From: Dehalococcoidia bacterium
GTDB lineage: Bacteria; Chloroflexota; Dehalococcoidia; Plut-88900
DNA length: 64,000 nucleotides
Assembly (NCBI GenBank): GCA_965197675.1
Contig: OZ240221.1
Location: 1,731,437 to 1,795,436 of the forward strand
Reading direction: 5' to 3'
The notes below the pieces were generated by a model, which saw only the letters and a program-made list of their open reading frames with translations, did not search any database and had not been told where the DNA came from. A program made the translations under genes and the position numbers. Below are positions 18,776-28,076 of the stretch, piece by piece (the stretch's first letter is position 1; each line of letters begins with the position of its first letter).

Positions 18776-19609
18776 TTACTTCTTTTCTTCGTCCTTGAAA
18801 GGGGTTTGCAATACGACTTTGACCCCTGAGATGACGCCGGTTGCTGCATTTCTGACCGAAGTTGCTGCAGACTCACTTATCTCCGTGGCGGCGTCGACGG
18901 CTCCCGAGGCTACAGCTGAAGCTGCATCCTCGGCTTTAAGTCCTACGTTCGCGGCTCCTTCTATGGCTCCCTCAACGGCACTTCTGGCTACCGAGGCTAT
19001 ATCTCCTCCCACCTCTGCAGTGCCCTTGATCAATCCTTTAGCGCTATCACGGGCGGCTCCCACGGTATCCGCTCCGATCTCTGTTGTCCCCCTCAAGGTT
19101 CCCTGCACGACCGACTTGGCGGTAGAGGCCAGGTCGCCACCCACTTCATTGGCGCCCTGTATGGCCCCTCGGGCAACACTGACTACCGAGTCTTCGAGGG
19201 TCAGACCGACGCTTTTACCTGTAACCAAGGCGCCTTCGACAGCGCCTCGTCCAGCATCCGTAATATCCCCTCCAACCTCTCTGGTTCCTTTGATGGCTGC
19301 TCTGACGGTGTCGCTTAGGACTCCAGCTGTGACAGTAGTCACTTCACCGACGCCTTGAATTACTCCAATGACGGACCCTTTAGCAGTCGCCCCCAAGTCG
19401 CCCCCAACTTGATTGGCGGCGTGGATAGCGCCTGTGACTCCATCAATTGCTAGGCTGGAAGCCTCTTTGCCAATATCTCTTACACCCTGAAGTCCCTTCA
19501 CCGTATTCTCTTTGGTGGTGTCTATGGTGGCGCCAACTACGTCACCGGCACTCTTGATTGTCCCTACCAGAGCGTCTCTAATCCCTCTACCAAAATTGCC
19601 TAGCGGCAT
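18776..19609 (-). CDS. Gly/Ala/Val-rich protein built from at least eight tandem 22-residue (2x11) repeats ('IKGTxEVGGDIxxxARxAVEGA'). It has no signal peptide or TM segment. Function unknown.
   Basis: Manual repeat phasing gives consecutive 22-mers IQGVGEVTTVTAGVLSDTVRAA, IKGTREVGGDITDAGRGAVEGA, LVTGKSVGLTLEDSVVSVARGA, IQGANEVGGDLASTAKSVVQGT and so on. An RBS 'AAAGAGGGTGA' precedes the start. Confidence 0.6.
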   Translation of the reverse strand: MPLGNFGRGIRDALVGTIKSAGDVVGATIDTTKENTVKGLQGVRDIGKEASSLAIDGVTGAIHAANQVGGDLGATAKGSVIGVIQGVGEVTTVTAGVLSDTVRAAIKGTREVGGDITDAGRGAVEGALVTGKSVGLTLEDSVVSVARGAIQGANEVGGDLASTAKSVVQGTLRGTTEIGADTVGAARDSAKGLIKGTAEVGGDIASVARSAVEGAIEGAANVGLKAEDAASAVASGAVDAATEISESAATSVRNAATGVISGVKVVLQTPFKDEEKK

Positions 19610-19647
19610 GATGTCACCCTCTTTCTGACTGGTTGAGTTCCATGAAT

Positions 19648-19677
19648 AATATACGAGATTATAGAGACATATGTCAA
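19648..19677 (-). promoter_or_regulatory. Sigma70-like promoter candidate for the 22-residue-repeat protein gene (TTGACA-N18-TATATT, with an overlapping TATAAT).
   Basis: The reverse complement of 19648-19677 reads 'TTGACAtatgtctcTATAATctcgTATATT', about 40 nt upstream of the ATG at 19609. Confidence 0.4.
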
Positions 19678-20276
19678 ATGATTCGTGCGTCCAAAATTCC
19701 CTGACTCCTTCTCCTCTGGGAGAAGGTTAGAGCCTGCTCTCTGCTTGATACGAGAATGAGCAGGACCGGCTGGAGTAAACAGCCCCGCTCATGGCGAGCC
19801 TAGAGTTTACCCTGAGCCTGCCGAAGGGCGTGAGCGGGGGAGGGGTGGGTTGTCAACGCCCCCGCTCATCTGGTTCGACAAGCTCACCATGAGCGGGGCT
19901 TGAGGCGTCTCCGCTCACCCTGAGCTTGTCGAAGGGTGCCCTCATTCCCCATGCCGTCATTCCCGTGTCAAGCACGGGAATCCAGGTCTCTACATCTATC
20001 TGGCGGGGGGTTGGGAGATGTGCCTCCAGACACAAAAACCCACATGGGCGATGGAGAACAAGACGTTTGCCATTCTGAGACAGACTCCTGGTGGGAGAAG
20101 GTTAGTATGAGAGTGGACAAGATACCTGTAAAAGTGTTACCTATGTCCCCGGTTGTTCAGGGGTGAGTAGTCTAGGGTGTGTAATAAGAGACGGAGATGG
20201 ATAAGCCGGCACCCTGCACATGGCAGGACGCCGGCTTAGATAGCTTCAGTATTAGCTGTGAATTTTGGAAAGCCTG

Positions 20277-21389
20277 TTACTGGGTGTAAAGATCCTTCCT
20301 GAACCGTTCAAGCACTGTATCCCAATTGACTGCGATGTAGTCCCAGTCCATCAGAATAGCGAAGCTCGCCCGCTCGGCGGGATCCGAAGGAATAACTTCA
20401 CTGGCGACAGGGCCATATTCCACGTTTTTGTTGGACATGTAGTAGGGCACCAGTTCGGCCCATTGACTTTGAAGCTCAGCATCCAGCATGAAGTTTACAA
20501 AGGCTTCGGCCATGTCCCTCTTCTTTGTGCCTCGCACTACACCGAAGTAGTCGATGAATCCAGGCACTCCTTCCTCTGGGAGTACCATGGCGAACTTATC
20601 TGGGTTTCTCAGTATCAACGGCATGATTATCTCCGCTGCGTGGACCACCACGTCTACGTCTCCTCGGGAGATAGCCGCAGTCATCTCTGCACCAGTCTCA
20701 GACCAGACTGCCACGTCCTGCTCCTGAAGCCTAGAGATGATAGCATCCAACCCTGCATCGGTATACAGCTCGCCCTCTCCCGGAGAAACATCTATGCTCA
20801 GAGCAGTTGTCGAAGCAGGGGCTATCCACTGGTCTGCTGACTGGGCTATATTGCCAGTGACCTCAGGTCTCCACAGGTCCTTCCACGAGGTGGGCTCGAA
20901 GCCCAGGTCCTCCTTATCGTAACCCAAAGCTATAAAGCCGAAGTCGAAAGGCATTCCATAATCGGGAGTTAGGCCGAACCCGGGTGATTTGTGGAAGTCG
21001 GTGAGTTCGGCCGCGTTAGGAATATTCTCCAATCGAAGGGGCGCCAGTAGGCCTTCTGCCTTCGCTCTTAAATAATCGTTGCTGCCCAGAAAGACGGCAT
21101 CGTAGGGAGGATCGTCGGCGGGTGCGGCAGGGATTTGGACGATCTCTTCGCCGGTGCTGGGAACCAACTCTACCTTTGCCCCGGTCTGCTCCTCAAAGGC
21201 CTTTACGAATACCTCGTTAATCGCGTCGTAAAAAGGCCCTGAATAAGAGGTGGCAATCAAAGTCTGGCCTTCAAAAGGCTTGGCTACAGAAGTAGGAGTG
21301 TCGTCGCCGCCACATGCAGCCGCAACCAAAACTACACTCAACGCTACAGCCAGTACTACTAACCACTTGCTGTTTCTCTTAGTAAACAT
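20277..21389 (-). CDS. ABC-transporter periplasmic substrate-binding lipoprotein (PotD/family-1 solute-binding type). Start reassigned to the Met that carries the signal peptide.
   Basis: 'MFTKRNSKWLVVLAVALSVVLVAAACGG' is a lipoprotein signal. An RBS 'GGGAGGG' lies 5' of the ATG at 21389. The protein is a paralog (about 55% identical) of the next gene. Confidence 0.7.
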   Translation of the reverse strand: MFTKRNSKWLVVLAVALSVVLVAAACGGDDTPTSVAKPFEGQTLIATSYSGPFYDAINEVFVKAFEEQTGAKVELVPSTGEEIVQIPAAPADDPPYDAVFLGSNDYLRAKAEGLLAPLRLENIPNAAELTDFHKSPGFGLTPDYGMPFDFGFIALGYDKEDLGFEPTSWKDLWRPEVTGNIAQSADQWIAPASTTALSIDVSPGEGELYTDAGLDAIISRLQEQDVAVWSETGAEMTAAISRGDVDVVVHAAEIIMPLILRNPDKFAMVLPEEGVPGFIDYFGVVRGTKKRDMAEAFVNFMLDAELQSQWAELVPYYMSNKNVEYGPVASEVIPSDPAERASFAILMDWDYIAVNWDTVLERFRKDLYTQ

Positions 21390-21565
21390 CCCAACCCTCC
21401 CATTGACTAAGTTGCGAAACCCTGACATTCTACTAGTGTTATCAGGGTTTCGCAATCGTTCTCTACCTACTCCAACGGCCTATTATCATGAAGGATAGCG
21501 ATTCATAACAAACCGTCGGTTAGAGGATATATTCCATTAATGGCTGGAGCCGTAGGAGACCCTAG

Positions 21566-22756
21566 CTAGTTGGTGTACACCTCTTTCTTTAGACGTTCTT
21601 CGAACAGGTCCCAGTTCTCCAATATGAAACCCCAGTCTGGCATCCTACCGAAGGACTCCCTCGCTTCGGAGCTCTCGGGCAGGAACTGGCTGGCTATGGG
21701 GCCATACTGAACGTCCTTGTTGGACATCCAGTAGTTTATCCTCTCTGCCCACTGGCCCTGAAGTTCAGAGTCGAGCAGGTAGTTCAAGAATGCCTCGGCC
21801 ATGTCCCGCTTCTTGGTTCCTCGCACGACGCCGAAGTAGTCCATGAAAGCCGATACTTCGTCCTGTGGAACTGCTACGCCAAACTTATCGGGTTGCTCCA
21901 GCACAAAGGGAGCAACTATCTCGAGGGCTTCAACGTAGATAGCTATGTCGCCTCGCTCCATCGCAGCCGCTGCTTCCGCATTAGTCTGGAACCATAGAGC
22001 GACATCCAGCTTGGCCAATTCCTCCATGAGAGCGTCTCGGCCCTCCTCTGTATACAGCTCGTCAAACCCTGGAGCGAAATCCATAGCAAGTGCCAATGGT
22101 GCAATAAAGCCGGACATGTTGCCGGAGCCTAGAGCAATCTTACCCTGGGCCTCGGGCCTCCACAGGTCTCCATACGAAGTCGGGGTGAAGCCCAGTGCCT
22201 CTTTGTTGTATCCGATTACTACGAAGCCCATTTCGAAGGGTATCCCATAGTTGATGTCCATCCCCTGTCCCTGGTCTGAAGAGTGGAAGTCGGTGAGGTT
22301 GGCCATATTGGGGATGTTCTCTCTTCTCAAAGGCAGGAATATGTCCTCCTGTATGCCCCTGACGAAGTCTGGGGAAAAGGCGACGATGACATCGTAGGGA
22401 GGGTCATCTTCAGGCGCGGCGAGGATATTGGGAATCTCTTCTAGAAACGTGGGCCTGAAATCTACCTTGCCGCCGGTATCTTCCTCGAACTTGGGCACTA
22501 TGATTTCATTGATCGCATCATAAAAGGGTCCTGCATAGGCGGTAGCTATCAAAGTCTGGCCCTCAAAGGGCTTTGCAGGAGTGGGCGTCGGCGTAGGTTC
22601 AGGTGTCGCTGTCGCCCCCGCCCCTGGGGCTGATGGTGTAGGTTCTGGAGTTGCGGGCGTCGGTGTGTCATCGTCACCACACGCAGCAGCAACCAGGACC
22701 ACTGATATCAATATGGCTAATGCTACTAGCCATACACTTTTTCTTATGGAAAGCAT
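21566..22756 (-). CDS. ABC-transporter periplasmic substrate-binding lipoprotein, a tandem paralog of 20277-21389, with a Pro/Thr-rich linker after the lipobox.
   Basis: 'MLSIRKSVWLVALAILISVVLVAAACGDDDTPTPATPEPTPS...' Blocks shared with the neighbour include 'KPFEGQTLIAT.Y.GPFYDAINE' and 'FGVVRGTKKRDMAEAF'. An RBS 'GAGAGGTGA' is present. Confidence 0.7.
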   Translation of the reverse strand: MLSIRKSVWLVALAILISVVLVAAACGDDDTPTPATPEPTPSAPGAGATATPEPTPTPTPAKPFEGQTLIATAYAGPFYDAINEIIVPKFEEDTGGKVDFRPTFLEEIPNILAAPEDDPPYDVIVAFSPDFVRGIQEDIFLPLRRENIPNMANLTDFHSSDQGQGMDINYGIPFEMGFVVIGYNKEALGFTPTSYGDLWRPEAQGKIALGSGNMSGFIAPLALAMDFAPGFDELYTEEGRDALMEELAKLDVALWFQTNAEAAAAMERGDIAIYVEALEIVAPFVLEQPDKFGVAVPQDEVSAFMDYFGVVRGTKKRDMAEAFLNYLLDSELQGQWAERINYWMSNKDVQYGPIASQFLPESSEARESFGRMPDWGFILENWDLFEERLKKEVYTN

Positions 22757-22843
22757 GAACTCACCTCTCTCAACTGGTTCCAAAGTCTAAGCCCTGCTAG
22801 TCTACTATCGATGTCAAGGTGCCGCAACCCTTCCGCCCCGTTG

Positions 22844-23143
22844 TTGTGCCACGTGGCCATATATAAGATGAGAACCTACGTGCTATAATGCAAATACTCA
22901 TCTCGCTTACAAGGAGGTATCACCGTCATTTCTCACAGAGGTCTTCGCCCGGGTGCAGGCGCTCCCAAGGGCAGCCTGAACGGACTGAAGCAGGGCCGGA
23001 ACGCTCGCCGGTTTCGAGAGCTTGTCAACGCCCTTGCTGAAACCAAATGCCCCGGCCCCTTCTCCCTCGGTAGATGAGGTGTCCCTGCTCACCTAGTTCC
23101 CTTCGGTAAACTCAGGATAAACTCTAAGCTCACCATGAGTGGG
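22844..23143. ncRNA. Copy 1 of a ~300-nt conserved non-coding element (candidate structured small RNA or miniature mobile element). Strand undetermined.
   Basis: It shares a conserved 5' block 'GTTGTGCCACG..GC.ATATATA.RATGAGAACCT.CGT.CTATAATGCAAATACTCATCTCGCTTACAAGGAGGTATCACC' and a 3' block 'GGTTCCCTTCGGTAAACTCAGGATAAACTCTAAGCTCACCATGAG' with copies at 31623 and 32107. The interior diverges in a patchy island pattern and is not protein-conserving. Confidence 0.45.
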
Positions 23144-23274
23144 GGAGGAAAAGAAACATCCGCTCACTCTGAGCCTGTCGAAGAGTCACCCTGAGCTTAA
23201 AGTTTACCCTGAGCGTAATCGAAGGGAAGGGTGCCCTCACCCCCTATACCGTCATTCCAAGCCCCCCTCTTTTC

Positions 23275-23306
23275 CGTCATTCCCGTGTCAAGCACGGGAA
23301 TGACGG
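23275..23306. repeat. Palindromic hairpin module 'CCGTCATTCCCGTG-tcaag-CACGGGAATGACGG' (REP-like), the most complete of at least eight copies.
   Basis: It is a perfect 14-bp inverted repeat. Variants sit at 16341-16370, 19954-19986, 25993-26025, 27951-27985 (loop inverted), 31575-31608, 32059-32092 and 32532-32565. Confidence 0.8.
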
Positions 23307-23704
23307 GGACCCTATCCCAGAGGCTCGCAAGGGTGCCCGCCGATCATGGTGAGCCAAGAGTTTTCCTGAGCCTGTTGAAGGGAACCACCCTCTGGCGGGG
23401 AGCTTGGGCCTGTCTACCGCCAGGTAGAGGATGTACACCCAGATACGAAAACCTACCAAGAGCGAACGGTTGTGTACAACCCCAAGCTGATGAAAAACTC
23501 AATCAAAATTAACTGGGCCTTCGTGCCTGGGAGACCCGTAAAACACAACTTTTTTCACAATTCAATCAGTTCTCAAAGGAAAACAGGGAAAGCAATCAAG
23601 TTTCCACACATTAACCCTGCCTTACTTCAGCGATTCGACCTCTCGCGAGGTAGTGTTATAGACCAGATATATCGCAGGGCGAGACTTATGATCTGCTGAA
23701 GCTG

Positions 23705-24661
23705 TCAGAGGATGGCTATAGGATTAAGTGGAGAGCCAGTAGCGTACTGTATTCGCAGAGGTGAGATGGCCAGCATAAACTCCCAGCGCCTGCGCTGGGC
23801 ACAGGCTTTAGCTAGCTCTTCGAGGTTGGCGTTGTCTATAAGCCAAAGACCCAGATGGGGTATTCCTATCTGGTGAATTGGAGAGCTTAGGCTCTGGTAA
23901 CCGCTGGGTTGTACGTCGTTTATTCCGTCGGAACCCAGTATGGCGACACCCCGTTCTTTGAGCCATGGTATGCAGGCAGCCTGCGTTCCGGGGTAGGGCT
24001 CTGCCGAGAAGTCAAAGGGGCCTTCGGTGAAGTGTCTGGCCAGGTGCCCAGTCCGCACAAGTAAGACGTCGCCCGACTCTACCTCTACACCTTGAGACTT
24101 CTCAACCTGCTCCAGTTCGTCCGGCAATATGGGTACAGGTCCCTCAAGCCACCGGACGTTTCGGTGACGAGGTACGTCCAGTAAAACGCCCCTGGTCACC
24201 ACACCGTCCGACATTTGCTCCACGGACTCTACGGTAGCTCCCTGTGCGGTGTTAACCATTTTAGAGGGGAACCCGTTGTACATTTGACCCTTCCAGAAGA
24301 TGTGAGAGATGGCATCTAGGTGGGTGATGCTGTCGCCGTGATAGGTCATGCCTATGAAGTCCATGGCGCCCTGCTCATCGTTCTTCCCCTGTTCGGAGGG
24401 TAGGTTGTACCTTTCGCCCGAGTGGGTCATGTAGTGAAAGACTTTGGAGATGCGGTCTCCAGGAAGCTCCCGGGTGATAAGCCATGAACAGGAGACTGAG
24501 CCCCCGTCTTTTACTAAGGATGCACCCTGCTTCCGCTTCTCTTCGGTTATCAGATTCAGAGTGCCCCGCTGATCATCCTTACCCCACCTGCCCCAGTTGG
24601 ACTGGGTCTCCATGTAGCTTAGAGCCTCTTCCTCGGTAGGAATCTTACCTTTGTCTGCCAT
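23705..24661 (-). CDS. Cyclase family protein (kynurenine-formamidase-like metal-dependent hydrolase).
   Basis: 318 aa. 'GMTYHGDSITHLDAISH' is the cyclase-family His-rich metal motif. Confidence 0.7.
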   Translation of the reverse strand: MADKGKIPTEEEALSYMETQSNWGRWGKDDQRGTLNLITEEKRKQGASLVKDGGSVSCSWLITRELPGDRISKVFHYMTHSGERYNLPSEQGKNDEQGAMDFIGMTYHGDSITHLDAISHIFWKGQMYNGFPSKMVNTAQGATVESVEQMSDGVVTRGVLLDVPRHRNVRWLEGPVPILPDELEQVEKSQGVEVESGDVLLVRTGHLARHFTEGPFDFSAEPYPGTQAACIPWLKERGVAILGSDGINDVQPSGYQSLSSPIHQIGIPHLGLWLIDNANLEELAKACAQRRRWEFMLAISPLRIQYATGSPLNPIAIL

Positions 24662-24691
24662 GGCCGTCTCCTTCTATCGAGCTAGAGGGTT

Positions 24692-25759
24692 CTACCTGAA
24701 TAGCGGCATGATCTTCTCACTCAAGAGCCGAAGAGATTTGCTGGTCTTCTCTAACGACATGAGGCTTCTTTGAGTGAGCATCAAGTTTCTCACACCTGCA
24801 TCACGAAACTGGGCAACTTGCTCGGCGACGCGCTTCGGTGAACCGATGAGCATCTCCTCCGCCAGAGGGTCTGGATTCTCCTTGTAGTCCGAGCGCAGAA
24901 GATGAGGTGCGATGGTCGGAACATCCTGGTCTTTAGGGTTCCATTTCTCACGGAGTTCCTGAACGTGCTTCTCGGCTTTCAGAAAAGCTGGAAGAAACTC
25001 GTCGAGAGCCTCATCATTGGTCTCCGCTATATAGCTGTCACACCAGACCCAGGACTGGTCCAGGATCTTTTCCACCTCTTTCTCACTGAATCCTGCCGAA
25101 AGCATGGTATCTCTATACAGCTTAACCTTTCGACCTACCTTCTCGGCGGCCAACCCACGAAAGAGGGGAGGCCGGCCAATTTTGGCTATGCTTATTATCG
25201 ATTCATCGCTTCCGCAGGCACGAGCCAGGGGTGGATGAGGCTTCTGGTAGGGTCTAGGTCTAAGTGAGGGTATGGTCACTTGCCAATACTTGCCTTGAAA
25301 ATTCAGGTCTTCGGAAGTCCATGCTTTCACCAAGAGATCTTCCGCTTCTGTGAGGCGCTCTCTACCTTCGGCAACTGTTGTGCCGAACCCTGAGTATTCG
25401 AAGGCGTTGTAGTTAGAGCCTCGCCCAATTCCAACCACTAGGCGCCCATGACTCAGGTTATCGAGCAGGGCTGTCTGTACAGCGGCTCGAACCGGATGAT
25501 GCAGCGCCATCTCGATCACTCCAAGACCTATCAAGATTCTTTTGGTTTTGGCGGCCACCGCTCCCGCGAAAACCAGAGAATCTGAGTAGATAACCTCTCC
25601 TGCAAAGTGATGCTCGGCCAGCCAAATGGCATCCAGCCCCATCTCCTCCACTAGCTGGGCCTCCTGCAGACATCTATCTATCGCCTGCGGGTCTCTGCTT
25701 GGGTCAAAGTTCATGGGGTAGAAGAAATGACCAAACCTCATTCTCACCTCAAAGCGCAC
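24692..25759 (-). CDS. LLM-class flavin-dependent oxidoreductase.
   Basis: 355 aa. 'GLDAIWLAEHHFAGE' is the LLM signature. Confidence 0.8.
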   Translation of the reverse strand: MRFEVRMRFGHFFYPMNFDPSRDPQAIDRCLQEAQLVEEMGLDAIWLAEHHFAGEVIYSDSLVFAGAVAAKTKRILIGLGVIEMALHHPVRAAVQTALLDNLSHGRLVVGIGRGSNYNAFEYSGFGTTVAEGRERLTEAEDLLVKAWTSEDLNFQGKYWQVTIPSLRPRPYQKPHPPLARACGSDESIISIAKIGRPPLFRGLAAEKVGRKVKLYRDTMLSAGFSEKEVEKILDQSWVWCDSYIAETNDEALDEFLPAFLKAEKHVQELREKWNPKDQDVPTIAPHLLRSDYKENPDPLAEEMLIGSPKRVAEQVAQFRDAGVRNLMLTQRSLMSLEKTSKSLRLLSEKIMPLFR

Positions 25760-26374
25760 TGTCTATCTGGGTGGATGACGTGGCTCTAAAGGTACATTTG
25801 GCGCTATATTTTGTCAATCTCGCTGCAATGACCAGGCCTTAGGCAGTGCGGACGAGGGTCTATAGTGACTTCAACTCGGTATTGGCACCTTTAGAGCGGA
25901 AACTTCATTATTCTTGACCCTGTCCCAGAGTGCCCTCACTTCCTATGCCGCCTGCCTGAAGCAGGCAGGTCATTCCCCTGCCCCCTTCTTTCCCGTCATT
26001 CCCGTGTCGAGCACGAGAATCCAGGGGTGGGGTGTCACACGGGGAGAATGTCCCCCGCTCACCCTGAGCATGTCGAAGGGAGTGAGCGGGAATCTCTTTT
26101 ACCCCGCTCATAGTGAGAGTGGATCCCTCGCTCATGGTGAGCTTGTCGAACCACCCTCTGGCAGGGGTCTGGGCCCGTCCTGATCTCGTCCAAGGATGAT
26201 GTGCCCCCACATACAAAACCTACCAGGATGGAGGCCAACCCCCTTTGCTTTTCTGAGACGATCTCTCAAAGGAGAGGGGGCGTGGGAATGACGGTTGGGG
26301 GGATAAGGACGCCCTTCGGCTGCCCCAATGCTTCCATAGTGGACTCCCTGGATAAAGACTTGTTCAGAACATCC

Positions 26375-27607
26375 TTAGTACTGGAAGAGTATAGTATCCA
26401 ACTCTTCGATGCGTTCGTCCTGGGTATACCTCCAGGTGCCGATGTAGCCGCGAAGCAGATCGCCGTTCTGGTCCCAGTCCAGGGAGTTGGCGGCCCCCTC
26501 GTAGTCTATTTGACGGCCATCGGCGAGCAGGCGAAGGCCATTGGCAACTCCCACGGGAGTTCCCAGGACCATCTCCCCGGGCGGACTACCGATCGCTCGC
26601 AGCTGGTCGCGGATAGCGTCGCCGTTAAGGCTGCCGGCTGCCTGGGCAGCCAGGGCCAGCGCAATGGTCGCGTCGTAGGTCTCCTTGACATAGGTGGACT
26701 GGGGCAGAGCGCCATACTCGGCCTCAAAGGCCGCCTCCCACGCGGCGGTGGCGTCGTTGCCCGGGGCAGGGGCCCCCGCCGTGCCGTACATGTCGCCCAG
26801 CCGCTCGCCGCCTATCTCTGTAACCATGCTCCGCCTCTTGGCGGCGTCGCCAAAGGTGAACTGGCTGTAGATGCCCGCTTCCAGGGCCTTCCGGACAATG
26901 GACAGCGCCTCCTGCTCAAAGGTGATGACCACCAGCGCTTGGGCGCCTGCGCTCGCGCTCTCCCGCAGCTCGGCAAGGTAGGTCGTCTGATTGCGGTCAA
27001 GGGCAACAGCGCGCAACGGCCCGTCCCAAGACTCCTCGAAGCTGCGGGCCAGCCCCTGACCGTACGGGTCGTCGATGTAGAGCAAGCCCACGTTGTCGAA
27101 GCCCTGCTCCCGGGTCACGCGGGCCAGCACCGGCCCCTGGGCGGTGTCGGAAAGGGTCGTGCGGAAGAAGTAGTCGTCGTCGGCCGCCCCGGTCAGTTGG
27201 GGAGAGGTGGCTGAGGGACTAATGGTCGGCACGCCGGCCGGTCCGGTGACTATCTCTGCGACAGGCAATGCCACTGCGCTGGCGGTGGGCCCCACTATGG
27301 CATGGACGCCCTCCGTCTCCACTAGGCGCCGCGCCGCCTCAACCCCCAGCTGCGGATCAAGCGTGGAGTCCGCTTCAACGCCTTCGACCGGCATGCCTAG
27401 CACGCCGCCGGCCTCGTTGATATGCCATATCGCCATGTCAAAGGCGCGCTTCCTGTCGGCCACAGTCTCCAAAGCGCCACTAAAGTTGAGCATCAGCCCA
27501 ATTCTCATGGGAGTGGAGGCTTCCGGCTCCTCCGGTGCGCCGTTATCACACGCAACGACGGCAATGAGCAGGCCGGCCATCACTATGAGCCGCACCAGGT
27601 TAGACAA
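26375..27607 (-). CDS. ABC-transporter substrate-binding protein, branched-chain amino acid (LivK/amide) binding family.
   Basis: 410 aa. 'MSNLVRLIVMAGLLIAVVACDNG' is a lipoprotein signal. The periplasmic-binding-protein type-I fold pattern includes 'RIGLMLNFSGALE...' and 'VHAIVGPTASAVA'. Confidence 0.75.
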   Translation of the reverse strand: MSNLVRLIVMAGLLIAVVACDNGAPEEPEASTPMRIGLMLNFSGALETVADRKRAFDMAIWHINEAGGVLGMPVEGVEADSTLDPQLGVEAARRLVETEGVHAIVGPTASAVALPVAEIVTGPAGVPTISPSATSPQLTGAADDDYFFRTTLSDTAQGPVLARVTREQGFDNVGLLYIDDPYGQGLARSFEESWDGPLRAVALDRNQTTYLAELRESASAGAQALVVITFEQEALSIVRKALEAGIYSQFTFGDAAKRRSMVTEIGGERLGDMYGTAGAPAPGNDATAAWEAAFEAEYGALPQSTYVKETYDATIALALAAQAAGSLNGDAIRDQLRAIGSPPGEMVLGTPVGVANGLRLLADGRQIDYEGAANSLDWDQNGDLLRGYIGTWRYTQDERIEELDTILFQY

Positions 27608-28076
27608 GACACTCTTTCAATATGGCTTGCAGACTGGGAATAGTAACACACTGCGGGGGGTACGGTAACGCCGCACGTCCGCCCTTGTTCTCATGTTATA
27701 AAACATGGTGACACTCTCATTATACAATGTCTCCTGCATATCTCTAAAGCGAGGTCAAACGCTTGGTGCAGGTCGACTCCAATGAAGTAAGAGTAACCGG
27801 TGAAAACTCCTCCATGCGCCTTGCCCAACAAGAAATCGGTGAGTTCACCACCCGCGCCAGTCACTGGAGCGTCTTCTACTCGCCGGCGGGGACAGGTCAT
27901 GCCCTATTCCTCCAGATCGAAATCACCGATAGCGCCATCACCCCCTATGCCCGTCATTCCCGTGCTTGACACTGGAATCCAGAGGCACCCCTCTGGCAAG
28001 GAGTCTGGGCCTGCTCGCCGCGCCGAACGCGGCGCAGGCAAGAGCATCCATTCCAGAAGCACTATTCTCTTTGTCT

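Noticed and set aside
22861-22920. 'AAGGAGGTATCAC' in the ~300-nt element as a possible rRNA 3'-end fragment or a small-protein RBS.
   Set aside because: It does not match the 16S 3' terminus (GGATCACCTCCTTA). The about-50-codon ORF that follows is not conserved at the amino-acid level between copies.
26201-27214. 337-aa plus-strand ORF overlapping the Liv-type substrate-binding gene. Similar long antisense ORFs occur in 9484-10308, 12218-13060, 13400-14074, 41255-42421, 54202-55069 and 60742-61359.
   Set aside because: These are GC-rich antisense frames entirely inside well-supported genes. They show Arg/Gly/Pro/Ala composition bias typical of spurious ORFs on the opposite strand of high-GC coding DNA.
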